Shown piece after piece: positions 50,886-63,030 of a stretch of DNA of 64,000 nucleotides. The notes under the pieces were generated by a model, which did no database searches, was not told the origin of the DNA, and worked only from the letters and a program-made list of their open reading frames with translations. This DNA comes from Callorhinchus milii (taxonomy: Eukaryota). Each line of letters starts with the position of its first letter. Position 1 is the first letter of the stretch. The stretch covers positions 11,100,001 through 11,164,000 of the forward strand of contig NW_024704743.1 in assembly GCF_018977255.1 (NCBI RefSeq), given 5' to 3'. The translations under genes and the position numbers were made by a program.

Positions 50886-52039
50886 CCTCTGATAATGCAA
50901 CACCCCCCCACCCAGCCACTGCATTGGAGTATCAGTTCAATGCAGTGAGTTCACATTGAGAACCGACAATCTTCTGTTTCAGAGGCAAAAGTTCTACCAA
51001 CTGAATCAGATTGATACTATTATTGTACATTCTACTGTCAACAGTTTGACAAATAAAATTATTTAGCATATAAACGCTATCTATTTAGTCAATTTCCCTG
51101 CCTTTTCCCCATACTTCTGTATTTTTTATTTTCAGATGTTTGTTAATCCCTTTTAAAAGCTATTTAGGATTATGTTTCAATCACCATTTTTGGTAGTTGC
51201 ATTGGCCTATTCCCAGCAATGTGCTCCCATGTCATGCTAGTGTTTTTCGTTACCACTGAATGAGATTTAGTTGTGCTGTTGTACTTTATAACAGGAAAAG
51301 GCCAATAAGCCATCAAAATTGTTCCATCAGTTTATTAGATCAATGGAAAATCTCCATTGGTTCTTCTCTATTGTAAGATGTCTGAAATCATTGTTAAAAT
51401 TATTGTTTGATACCCAAAGTGTATGCAAAGAACTGAGACAATCTTGATTGATTTTAAGGAATGTGAGAGAGAATTGGAGTGAGGTCTGTGTTTTGGGATT
51501 CTGTGATCCATTTGATGAAGACTTGATGGATAGCTATTACTCCTTTCCTTATTTGGAAGAATTATGTCTAATAGTCTATCTCAAGTAAATAAAACAGACA
51601 TTGTGTTGATACAAGAGACTACAATCAACTAAGACACCAAAAGCCAACATTCACAAGATCAGAAATGTGTGGGCTTCGAGTTAACCTGATATTGTCCTGA
51701 TTAATGGAATTCTTAGTGCCTTGCAGGCTGTTTGGACAAGATCTTGAAAGAATTTTACAATGTGAAGATGTCAAGGAAAGACAATTAACTGTCAAATTGA
51801 ACTTTTCACACTTGGCATCAGAGGCTTCGTGAAGAACTCCCGAATTCCTGAGATTAAAGCCTTGATTATCTTGGGGCCTCCCATGTGTGGAAAGATGATT
51901 GGATGGATCAATTCAGGAATATGATTGGGCAATCAAACTGTGAACTCTGATTCAGTAGAATGGCTACACCTTGTTATTTTGTCATCATGTGTCCAAAATT
52001 TGGGGTGTAAAAGAACTAAACAAACGTTAAGAGGTTGGA

Positions 52040-52285
52040 CACCGTGGGACATTGTTAGACATAGTGGACACTGTGAGATACTGGATCCCATAGGCTTTAT
52101 GGGTTTGTGGCTAAACAATTAGCCAAAGGAAGTTTGAGATCAGTCTGAATCATCTTCTGCAGTTATAAGCATGAAACTTGTAACTGGTTAATAACCATTT
52201 TTTAAATTAATAAATTAACCCTTTCATTTATCCATTGCCTCTGTACTATCTTACTTCAGGGTCATACCACAAAAACAACCCTACA
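52040..52285 (+). repeat. Unclassified LTR-like repeat (homolog of 4396-4665)
   Basis: AATAAA at about 52209 and a ...ccctaca end; may extend further left. Confidence 0.65.
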
Positions 52286-52446
52286 CTATGATGTTACTTG
52301 CAGTGCATTTTATATTTTCGCAACCTTGTTTGAAGAAATGTTTCCTGATCTCTATTATATTGATGTTTGACTGGCAATTGGTCAGAAAAGTGACTGTGTG
52401 TGGGACATTGCTGTGTGCTAACTGTCTGTCATGTTTTGCCTGCAAA

Positions 52447-52745
52447 GTGGAGTCCTGTAGCTCAGTGGTTAGAGCACTTGCTTTGCAAGCGAGAGACCTG
52501 GGTTCGATTCCTGGCAGGCTGAAACCTTGGGCAAGTTTCCTTACTCCACGTGCTTGATAATAATCCCTCAAAAAAAATAATAAATTGGTAATTTCAATCC
52601 ACGACTGTTTGTGGGACACTGCTGTGCACAATTGGCTGCCTTAGTTCGCCGATAATACAGTCAATTCACTTTATAGTCATCTGTGAAGCGCTTTGAGAAG
52701 TCTAGAAGACGTGAAAAGAGCTATATCAAATGCAAGATTATTATT
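52447..52745 (+). mobile_element. tRNA-derived SINE, short form with old-type loop
   Basis: Complete head; tail gagaagtctagaagacgtg. Confidence 0.93.
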
Positions 52746-52919
52746 AACGTACAGTCAATCCACTTTCCAGTAAAATCCTGTAAAGCGCTTTGAGACATCT
52801 TGACGATGTGATAAGGTACTATATCAAAATGCAAGGATTACCATTAATTAATAAATGTAAAAGTTTGCCAGAAAGGGTGACTGAGGCCCGGGTACTGAAA
52901 TTGTTTAAAAAGCAGCTTG

Positions 52920-53225
52920 ATGCTGAAAGTCCGGCCACCGATGGTAGGGCGGGTCGGGCGGGAGACATGGAGCAGACTGGAGCCCGCTGAACGGAGGGAG
53001 TGGGCAGGTTGGTAGGGAGTCAGCAGGTCAGAGAGGTAGGATGACCTTGAAAGTGAGGACAAGGATCTTGAATTCGATCCTCTGAGGGATGGGGAGCTAG
53101 TGGAGTCGGGTGAGAGTGGGAGTGATGGGGTCAGGGAGCCTGGTGCGCGAGAGTACATACGCTGCAGAGTTTTGGTTGATAATCGAGCTTTGATATGACG
53201 AATGCGTGGGTGAGGGTTTCGGCAG
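52920..53225 (-). mobile_element. L2 LINE fragment
   Basis: YLSDLLTPYQPAHSLRSAG...TIGGRTFS. Confidence 0.85.
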
Positions 53226-53494
53226 CTAGATAAACAGGCGTGTGGAGTAAGGAAATTTGCCCAACTTTTTGCATTGCTGGGAATCAAATCCAGATCTCTC
53301 GCTTGCGAGGTGAGTGCTCTAACCACTGAGCTACAGGACTCTAGGAGAGTGAGTAATAATAATAATCCTTGCATTTGGTATAGAGCCTAATCACATTGTC
53401 GAGAAGTCTCAAAAGAACTTCACAGGATATACTGTAAAGTGGATCGACTATGTATTTTGTGGGTGAAACACCATGAAGTGAGATATCCACCCGC

Positions 53495-53880
53495 CACCCT
53501 CAATCATTTTAGCTGCCCTCCTCTGTATCTTCCCGATTTCTCCAATATTCTTTTTGTACTGCGGTGACCAGAACTGTACACAGTACTCTATATATGGTCT
53601 CACCAATGATTTATGCAGTGGCCGGATTACCCCACTATTTTGTCTTGCTATTGATCTTTTCATAGATCCCAACATCTGGTTTGCTTTACTCACTGCCAGA
53701 GCAATATTGGGAGAGTTTAAATTTATTGTCAATCAGACCCCCAGGTCCTTTTCATTGTCCATATTTTCCTTCCGTTCAAATAATAGTCCCTTCCAAGATT
53801 GTTTGTCCCCATGTGAAGTACTGTACATTTCTCCACTGATCTGCACAATTCCCAAGTATGATTTCAGGTCCAGACATGGG
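53495..53880 (-). mobile_element. Old CR1 LINE fragment
   Basis: KANQMLG...SLVRPYIEYCVQFWSP...KIQRRAAKMI. Confidence 0.85.
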
Positions 53881-54409
53881 GCTTCAACTCATATCCTTCT
53901 GACTAAAGAGGCAAGAGCGTGACTGACTGAGTGAGGCAGGCACATATGAAGTAAAAGTCCCAGGAGGTCGTGGGGAGCTACTGCATGAGTTAAAAGCCAG
54001 TGAGCAGAGAGGGTGGACCTAGAGAAGGCAGTAGCAGAGAGTAAGGCGAGAGAGCAATAGCAGAGGGTGAGGAGACAAGGCCATAGCAGAAGGTGAGAGT
54101 GGCAATAGTGCCTTATCACCTCTTCAAGATGTCTCAAAACGCTTCACAGAATATGTGGCAATAATAATGATCCTTGCATTTGATATAGCGCCTTATCATG
54201 TCTTCGAGATGTCTCAAAGCACTTCACAGAATATACTGTACAGTGATTTGACTGTATATTTTGTGGGTGAATAAAGTGTATATTTTTATACTGTATATTT
54301 TTTACTATGGCTATGTATGACAAATATGCAAACAAATGCATGAGCAACATTAGCTATGCATGTTGCTGATTGTGATGCTGACACCCTGATCTATTACACC
54401 TTGCCCTTG

Positions 54410-55365
54410 CATCCATATGTATGCTGATGACACCCAACTCTATCCCTCTGCCTCCACTCTTGACTCCAGGACCACTGCTGTCCTGACAGAATGTCTGGCA
54501 GACATCAAGTCCTGGATGAGGGCAAACTTCCTACAGTTAAATGTCAACAAGACCGAGGCTCTCCTGATTGGCTCCTGTCAGCACCTCTACACCTCAGGTG
54601 CTGACAGAATCACCCTCCAAGGATGTACACTCCACCTCACTGAGCAGGTCCAGAACCTTGGCATCTTGTTTGACCCTCAACTATTCCACATCCGTGCCAT
54701 GACCCGCTCTACCTTCCCACAGCTCCGCGATATTGGCCGCCAGTGTCTCACACCACAAGCCGCCAAGACCCTCACACACTCATTCATAACATCCAGGCTT
54801 GACTATGCAAACTTCTTGCTTGTCGACCTTCCCAATTCCTGCCTCCATAGGCTACAGATCATCCAGAACTCAGCACGTGTCTTCTTCCGAACTAGGCTCC
54901 TTGACCCTATCACCACCATCCTCGTCCTACTCCACTGGCTTCGCATCACACAGATACAGCTCAAGATCCTGGTCCTCACCTTCGAAGCCCTCCATGACCG
55001 TGCTCCCCCCTACCTCTGCGACTTCCTCACCTGCAACCTCCCTATCAACATGGCCACTCCCTCTGCTCAGCGGGCTCCAGCCTGATTCACGTCCCCCGGC
55101 CTCACCCACCCCACCATTGGCGGGTGGGCCTTCAGCCATTCTGCCCACACCTTCTAGAACTCCATTCCACAGTCCCTCCCCCTCGCCCCCTCCCTTTGCA
55201 TCCTTCAAGTCCCATCTCAAGACCGTCTTCTTCCACCATGCCTTCGATCACCCTCCTCCAGCCCCTCCCCGATTCCCAGTTCGGGTCCGAAACACTGATT
55301 ATCGAGCGCTTTCGGACGTCCTCCTGATGTGAAAGGCGCTTTCCAGATGTCACTGTGTTGTTGCT
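54410..55365 (+). mobile_element. L2 LINE 3' part abutting the PITRM1 promoter
   Basis: MYADDTQLY...SRLDYAN...LHWL; degenerate tail. Confidence 0.92.
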
Positions 55366-55379
55366 GTTGCTCTGTGATC

Positions 55380-55654
55380 ACACACCCGGCGATGGTAACT
55401 CACGTGGTGTACGCACGCGCATACACACACACACACACACAAAGTCCCGCGAGGTAGTGGGAGAGGACCTTGACCAACAGCCAATCAGGAGGTGTGTTGT
55501 TTGGGACCATGAACCAATGGGTTTGGGGAATTCAGCTGAGTGCAGAGGGCGCGTGAGGAGCGGCCGTTAGACCCTGAGATACTGAGAGAGAGAGACAAAT
55601 AGCAGAGGGCGAGTACACGGGGAGAGGAGAGCGGGAGTTAGCAAAACTGGAGAG
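55380..55654 (+). promoter_or_regulatory. PITRM1: PITRM1 promoter and 5' UTR
   Basis: Locally CpG-rich unique sequence before exon 1: CACGTG at 55401-55406, NRF1-like gcacgcgca at about 55413, AGCCAATCAG at 55479-55488, second CCAAT at 55514-55518. The start site is not determinable. Confidence 0.65.
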
Positions 55655-55692
55655 ATGTTGGCAGTGGTTCGACGACTTACAGCGTTTGTGAG
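55655..55692 (+). CDS. PITRM1: PITRM1 coding exon 1 (mitochondrial targeting peptide)
   Basis: ATG...MLAVVRRLTAFV+AG|gtgagt; phase 2 joins exon 2 in frame; Arg-rich, acid-free N-terminus. Identified by context, not homology. Confidence 0.8.
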
Positions 55693-55944
55693 GTGAGTCT
55701 CTGAGACGGCAAGACCCAGGCACCAGGCAGATAGGATAGACCGTGACCTGTGTGCAAGGAAGCTCAGAAACATGAGTTGGGACCGGCCGCTGTGTCTGGA
55801 GATTGTGGTAATAATAATAATACTTGCATTTGATATAGTGCCTTATCACATGAGATATCTAAAAATGCTTCATGGGATATATTGTAAAGTGGGTGAGGAA
55901 ATGTGTCTGTGGACACTCTGTTTGGACTGGGGACAAAATGGCTG

Positions 55945-57545
55945 AAAGCAGATTTGCCGGTGGACCGTTAGGCCAGATTTGAGGCAGGTGCGTTCAGCGG
56001 CCCGCACCTGGCTCTTCAGTGAGCGGAGGTGGGTGGGGAACCAGGGGGAGGAGCGAGAGTAAGAGACAGTACGGGAGGTGATGGGGGCAAGAGTGTCAAG
56101 TGTGAAGGAGAGGGTGTTGTGGAGGAGGGTAAGAACAGAAGAGGGGTCAGTGAGGGATGAAGGCCAGAGGGAGAGGAGTTCAGAGGACTCCAAGGCAGCG
56201 GTTAGAAATTGTGGGGGTAACTTCTTCCAGAGGCGGTAGAAGATGGTGGTGGGTCTGGTGGAGGTGGGGAGGGGGGTGGAGGTGGTGAAGGAGATGAAGT
56301 GGTGATCGGAGACGGCCTTATCGGTAATGGTGACATCCGAGACACTGAGGCCCCGGGTGATCACCAAATCGAGTGGGTGGCCGTGAATGTGAGTGGTGGA
56401 GTTGATGTGGAGAGAGAGGTTGAGCGAGGAGAGCAGGGAAGAGAAGTCCTCGGAGATGGAGCAGGAGGGGGTGAAGTGCAGGTTGAAGTTGCCCAGGATG
56501 ATGAGGCGATCAGAGCAGAGGCAGAGAGATGCTAGGGGTGTAGAAATGTCGGAGATGAAGGTGGGAGAGGTTTTAGGGGGGATTTTGAGTGAGAGATGGG
56601 GGGGGTGGGAGAGGGTGAGGTGCTCAAAAGAGGGGAATGAACCAGAGGAGTAGGGGGATAGGGCAAGTGGTGTCCTTGAGATAAGGGCTACACCACCGCC
56701 ACGGCGGTTGGGGCGAGGGATGTGGTGGGAGGTGTAGCCGGGTGGTGTGGCCTCCGTGAGGGGGAAGGTGTCACCTGGGGTGAGCCAGGTTTCAGTTAAG
56801 GCCATGATGTCAACGCTCTCATCAAGGATGAGATCGTTGATGACCAGGGCCTTATTACAGAGGGAGCGGACGTTTTTCAGTCCGATGTGGAGGGAGCGGT
56901 TGACAGAAGGGTGTGTGGGGAGGGAGGGGGGTCCAGGTTGTAACGCAGCGGTGGGAGGAATCTGGATGAGGGAGGAGAGGTTGGCTCCCCGGGTCTGTGT
57001 CCGGTGTGGCTGGTGAGTGTGGTGGGGAATGGAGCAGTCGGTGTGGCTGCTGCTGGACAGCCAACGCCGAGTGCCGCGGTGAGCCCGGCGGAGGATTCCC
57101 AGGCTGGAACAGAGGGAGGTTGTGGGAGGGTCAAGTGGGGATAGAAGGTGAGAGGGACGGAGAGAGAGGAGGACAGAGTGAGAGAGATGCAGAAGGGGGA
57201 GGGTTGGGGGGGAGGGTCCGAGTGGCAGCAGGGCTTTTGCATAGTCGAGCCTGGAGGTGATGAAGGCATGAACAAGAGTTTCAGCGACCTGAGGGGTGAG
57301 GTAGTGGCGATGTCGGGTGATGTTACGGAGGTGAGGGAAGGCAGAGTAGGTCATGGCTTGAATGTTTGGGAGAAAAGACAGTTGAGGGTCAAACAAGACA
57401 CCTAGGTTCGTTCCTGACTGCTTGGTGAGTTGTAATGAGCAACCATGGCGCTTGATGTTGCCAGAGCCTGAGGCGCTAGCGCAAGCCAATCAGGAGGGCC
57501 TCAGTCTTGTTCACATTCAACTGTAGGAAATTTGCCCTCATCCAG
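55945..57545 (-). mobile_element. Two fused L2 fragments in intron 1 (APE endonuclease at about 55945-57180; RT C-terminal piece at about 57220-57545)
   Basis: NVRSL, LTETW, GGGVA, GNFN, LDL, SDH; preceded in frame by HLRNI...SRLDYA. Confidence 0.9.
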
Positions 57546-57684
57546 TCAATTCACTTTACCATATATGCTGTGAAACGATTTGAGACGTCTCAAAGATGTG
57601 AAAAGGATTATATTATAAAGACTGTTGGGAGACAAACACAAAAATGAAGTTCTGCACCAGCTCTGTAGGTGGAGGTAGTTAAGA

Positions 57685-58492
57685 CAATAATCCTCACATT
57701 TGATGAAAGCGCTTTATCAGATCATCGAGATATCTCAATGCACTTCATAGGATACACTGCAAAGTGAATGGACTGTGTCTTTAGTCGGTGAAATGTGGCA
57801 GCCAGTTGTGCATAGCAGTGTTCAACAATCAACCATTGAGTGAGTGACCAATTTTATTTGGGGGATTTATTGGCTAGGACACTGGGAGAAACTCCTTTCC
57901 CTTTTCAAATAGTGCCATGGGATCTTTACCATCCACCTGAACAGGCAGATGGGACCTTGATTTAATGTTTCATTGAAAGGAGGGCACATCTGACAATGTA
58001 ACTGTTAGGTACATTTTTGTTTTACCTTCTTGTCCTGTATTGTAGACACACTCATACAATAAACACAGAAACAACTTACTGAAACACAAACAAGTTTATT
58101 TCTCTAAGTCTGAACCAGTCACACTAGTCTGGTAACAGAGATAGGGTCGCCACTTCTCCAAGTTAAAACGACCCCCACGTGCCGTTCGCACACACTTATA
58201 TACAATGCAGAGGAATAAGGGGCGGTTCCCTTATCCACCAATGGAAGTTTGTTTATGTTCAAGCAGGCAGTTGAGGTTTAAACCAAGCCTCGACTGAAGC
58301 TTTAAGCATCATGTGTATTGAACTTTAGTTAACCTTATACATAGAAACATATGATTATAACTACCTAAATTATCTGTCAGTAACACACACCCAGCACTAC
58401 ATTAGAGTGTCACTTAGACTATGTGATTCTTGAAGTGGGGCTTAAGCCCACAAACTTCTGACTTAGAATGCTACAACTGTGGCAGGCTGACA
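57685..58492 (-). mobile_element. Deu-domain SINE split by a solo LTR
   Basis: tagtgccatgggatcttt...ctgaacaggcaga on the left; head aagcccacaaacttctgact on the right. Confidence 0.72.
58003..58379 (-). mobile_element. Solo LTR (377 bp), antisense to PITRM1
   Basis: TG...CA ends; TSD gtaac at 57998-58002 and 58380-58384; minus-strand TATATAA at about 58196-58202 and AATAAA at about 58095-58100. Confidence 0.82.
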
Positions 58493-59172
58493 CACAGGTT
58501 AAGGCTTTGGATATGCTTTTATGAACGACATTTCCTATTTAAAATCGTACCTTGATTGCCTTACTCTGATTCAGTTTGATCTCTTATGGATTTTCAGCAT
58601 TACCTGATTAAAATATGTATTTCTTACAAAATTCTGTTTTAATCTCTGGGAAATTATTAAGAGGTTTTAAGAAAAAAGATTTGCAAAGTACAGCACAGAA
58701 ACAGGCCACTTGGCCCAACTGGTCTGCGCAGTGTTCTGAAACACTGATTATTTACTCGCTCCCATATCCTTCTATTCCTCTCTCCCTCATGTGAAGGCCT
58801 AGCTTCCTCCAAAATGTATTTCACCTCCTTTTGAATACATCTCAGTTAGTCTTGTATTTTGTTTTAATACAGTGTTTTAATTGTGAGCTTCCAAATTTAT
58901 TTTTAAATATCCAACTAATTTTCTTCCTTGCTTTCCTGATTCACTGAAGGGTAATTCCAGAGATTTTTGCTTAGGGGATTTGTTTCCATATAATGATGTT
59001 TAATTATATATGACTGTGATGCATTTTGTTTATTCTTAAACACTGTGGTTTCTGTCAGGCCATTGGTGGACACAACCTTGTTGCTTGTGTGATTACAGGT
59101 TGATTTATCTGCTTCTGAAATATATCGTACAAAAGTTTTTTTTTATAATTATAGCTTAATTTATTTCAACAG

Positions 59173-59275
59173 TTATATACATCAGCGATCATGGCGGTGG
59201 AACAGCAGATCTGCCACAGAGAGAGCACTCCAGTACAAAGTTGGGGAGAAAATTCATGGGTTCACTATAAACCAG
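59173..59275 (+). CDS. PITRM1: PITRM1 coding exon 2
   Basis: ag|...YIHQRSWRWNSRSATERALQYKVGEKIHGFTINQ|gt; resembles the vertebrate PITRM1 N-terminus. Confidence 0.95.
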
Positions 59276-59594
59276 GTAATTTAAGAAACTTGCTAGCCAC
59301 TTTTGTTTAAATAAATAATAATCCACCCACAGTTCATAGTGCATTTTAATGGGGCTTTAATGTCTATCTGAATGTGCAGATGTAACCTTTGTTTAATATC
59401 TCATCCAAAGGACACATATCTCTAAAGAGGAAATTACTTCTACTCTGTTGTTGCACCATCCTAAATATTGTGAAAGGGAACATTTGTTTGTATCCGTATT
59501 CTATCAGTTTAATATTTTCAAACTACTAGTTGGAAACCACTTGAAAACATTTAATACCAATATTCTGTTCCAATACAACACAAGACACTCAAGA

Positions 59595-59910
59595 CAGAGT
59601 TCAATAGTTACTGCTGGAGTCTAACCAGCTAAACCACATAGCTTGCCGTTGATATTGCTGCAAGCTTTCCCACTGCTTATCCAGATAGGAACACCCTATC
59701 CATTAGGAATTTGGCTTGCAGGTTTAACAGGAGCGGAGTGGGATGACTCCCTGCGACTCATCTGTCTTTCCAGGTCCGGCCAATGAGCCAAGCTGGCTGT
59801 GCTGTCATCAGCAGTGCCCTGGAATATTGCGGACTGGCCTGGCTCAGGAGCCGGATTTCTGGGACTACCACAGAGAGCTGACTTGATTCCCAAGGAGACT
59901 CCACTTACTC
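59595..59910 (-). repeat. Unclassified repeat in intron 2, inverted relative to 63031-63280
   Basis: Direct alignment by eye, e.g. ctgtgctgtcatcag / ctgatgacagcacag and gatgactccctgc / gcagggagtcatc. Confidence 0.82.
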
Positions 59911-60147
59911 CCCCCCCCCCCCCCCCCCCCCCCCTCCCTCAAGGAGGATAGGCATTGGGGGGTATAATTCTTTTCAAACTAAAATAAGAGGTGTCCAGAA
60001 CCTCATACAAATTATATTTTTGTCATAAATTCACTAAACATTAATGTTAACTCCTCTGATGGCACTGCAGTATTCTGGTGTGTCCTTGAAGGAAAATATT
60101 GAATATATTTATATTAATGCTTGGAAACAAAAAAATTTCTGCTGCAG

Positions 60148-60254
60148 GTGACAGCTGTTCCTGATCTCTTTCTAACTGCAATTAAGCTTAGCCATGACAG
60201 CACAGGAGCAAAGTATCTGCATGTCGCAAGGGATGACCCGAACAATCTTTTCAG
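60148..60254 (+). CDS. PITRM1: PITRM1 coding exon 3
   Basis: [35 protein letters not shown](S); AG/GT borders. Confidence 0.97.
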
Positions 60255-60489
60255 GTAACTTAATTGCTTACCATTTTTCGTAATTGTACATTTTGTACAC
60301 AAGTTTATTTCTATATCACAGACAAAAATGTTAGCACAGGAAAATGCTAGTTCTTTGTGCCTATGTTGTGCTTGCTCCAAACTGGAGCTGTCTACTTAAA
60401 CCTTTTTACCTGCCGTTTCATGTCTTTGTATGTTCATGTGTTTATCCAATTCCCTGTGAAAACTGCAGTCTGCCCTAAATTCTACAGCC

Positions 60490-60880
60490 CCATCCTTGCC
60501 AGGCTTCACTCGCTCCCTATTGCAGAACGGATCAAATTTGAAGATCCTCACACTTGCGTACAAATCACTTCATACTGTGGCACCTCCCTATCTTTCTGAC
60601 CTGCTTGCATCCCCTTTCTCTTCTGCTCACTTCGCTCATCTTGCCTTCTGCATGTCCCTCGTCCCCTCTCCTTCACCATTGGGAGTCTTGCTTTCAGCTA
60701 CTGTCTATGTCTCGGTCCCTCTGCCTTCCACCCTGCTTGCCCATCTTCAGATCACACCCGAAGACTTTCCTCTTCAACCATGCCTACAGCCACCTTCCTT
60801 TTCTCCTTGGCTCAGTATAAAGCCCCGCCACTGTTAAATGCTACCTTTTGTGTAGGGTGCCATTTAATGCAGTTGTTTCA
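60490..60880 (+). mobile_element. Old L2 3' fragment in intron 3
   Basis: PILARLHSLPIAERIKF, KILTLAYKSLH, APPYLSDLL. Confidence 0.8.
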
Positions 60881-61755
60881 AGTATCATAATTGAGATATT
60901 TTCTCTTCATAATTTGTTGACTATTCTCATATGGTACTAACCAAGGCTCGCCATCCAGTATTCAAAGAAAAAATAGAAAGAAAGATAATGTTCTCAGTGG
61001 AGAAAACTGCTTTGGCTGAATTTTTATACTCTAACTTAGTTTATCTCAGTTTATCGTCTCCGATAACAATTCCATGGTCAAAAGCTGTATTGCACTGCTG
61101 TTTACATTTAGCAATCAAAAGTTGCAACCAACTGATGTGGCACAATCTGGTATCCCACAGTAATCAAACACTTGTGGACAAATAAAAATGAGAACAAGTG
61201 ATTCATCACAACAACAACTCATGCTCATATCGTGACTTTCACCTAAGGGGAAACATCTCAAAATGCTTTACAAAAATGGAGTGGGAGCTTGAGTTAGGAG
61301 TGATTTAGGGAGAAATGGCCAAAGGCTTAGTCAAAGAGTTGGGTCTTTAGATGGTTTATGAAACCAGAGAGGAGGGTGAGGGATTCTGGAAGAGGTTTCC
61401 AGAGGGTAGCCTCAAAGAGTCTGATATAAATATACCTTTCACGTGTCCTTTCCATTATAAATTCACACTGTAATGGACTATATATTCACTAAATTCAGAA
61501 TTTCTCACCAGCTAAGTTAGATCTTCAGAAATTTGCATTTCATCTGTCTTTTAAAATAAATTTCACTGGAAAGCTCTGAAGTTGTAGTAAATTATTAAGA
61601 TGAAATTACATTGGCTGTTGACCATTATGGTAAAAACATTATGATGATGAAAATCTTTAACTGGTAAATTAAGCCCATGTTTGGGGTTTAGGAGTGGTAT
61701 TGTGAGCAATTGCACATTTAAATGAAAGTGTTGCTTTCTTATGTTTTTTTCCCAG

Positions 61756-61907
61756 CGTTCAGCTTCGCACTACACCATTGGACAGTACTGGTGTGCCTCA
61801 TATATTAGAACATGTGGTACTTTGTGGTTCTGAAAAGTATCCGTGCAGAGACCCATTCTTTAAAATGTTGAATCGATCACTCTCAACTTTTATGAATGCC
61901 TTCACAG
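61756..61907 (+). CDS. PITRM1: PITRM1 coding exon 4 (catalytic HXXEH)
   Basis: [50 protein letters not shown], the M16C signature. Confidence 0.99.
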
Positions 61908-62286
61908 GTAAGGAATGATACATTTTATGTGGTGGTAGGATACATACAAGAATGATTTGGGGGATGAAGGGCTACAGGTATGAGGAGAGACTAGAGAGGG
62001 GTTTATTTTCATTGGAATAGAAAAGGATAGCAGCACAAAACTATGAGGGTAAATGGGGAGAAATTATTTATATTGATAGAGAGTCAGTGGAGAGTCAGAG
62101 CATAGTTATAGGATAGCCACAAGTAAGGTGAAAAGAGAACTTAGGAGGATTTTTTTCACCCAGAAATGTATTGGTATGAGGAATGCCCTGCTGGTTCCAT
62201 CATGGTAATTGTGCTAATGTGGGTGATTTAATATCAAAGAAGTTGATATTTCAGGTGTATTATTCAATTGTTTTCTTTTTTTCTAG

Positions 62287-62401
62287 CTAGTGACTACACA
62301 ATGTACCCATTTTCCACACAAAATTCCAAAGATTTTCAGAATCTTCTCTCTGTTTACTTGGATGCTGTCTTCTTTCCATGTCTCAGAGAGTTGGACTTTT
62401 G
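62287..62401 (+). CDS. PITRM1: PITRM1 coding exon 5
   Basis: (A)SDYTMYPFSTQNSKDFQNLLSVYLDAVFFPCLRELDF; AG/GT borders. Confidence 0.98.
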
Positions 62402-62503
62402 GTAAGAATATTCATGTGTGCAAGTGTAGCGTGTGTTAGGGGCATTGCATTTGTGTTTGAAATTCTGAAGTTCAATTTAACTTTAAAATCTTGTTGCTTT
62501 TAG

Positions 62504-62600
62504 CCAGGAAGGATGGAGACTAGAGCATGAAAACCCTCATGATCCAAGTTCACCTCTTGTTTTTAAAGGAGTTGTGTTCAATGAAATGAAGGGTGCATTT
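62504..62600 (+). CDS. PITRM1: PITRM1 coding exon 6
   Basis: [32 protein letters not shown], containing the NEMKG motif with the distal zinc-ligand Glu. Confidence 0.98.
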
Positions 62601-63030
62601 GTAAGTTGTATTTTTCCTATAGCATTCCATAATTTGACCCGACTATATTGTAAAGTCCTTATCGTTGTTTCATCTTTTAGTACTCTAATGCAAGATAATG
62701 TTTCTTAGCAAAGTGAATACCACTGTACTGAATTGAAAGACCAAAGGTTTCCAATTGATTTTATGAAACAATCTCTTCAGATTCTTTAATGATACATTAA
62801 TTTGGGGTTCATCTGAGTTGTCCTTGATTTTATAGCAGCTTTGCAGTACGACAGTGCAGTTGCCATTATATAAAAAAGTGGTCCTCCCGCCACGCTCAAG
62901 ACAGATGGAGGGAGAGTGAGGGAGCTTGGGCAATAGCTACTAGAAGGTGTTGCTTGGAGTCCGTGTTTATGAACGCATGCTCATATATCCAAGCTTATCC
63001 AACATAATTAGTTTCATTAGTTTCATGAGT

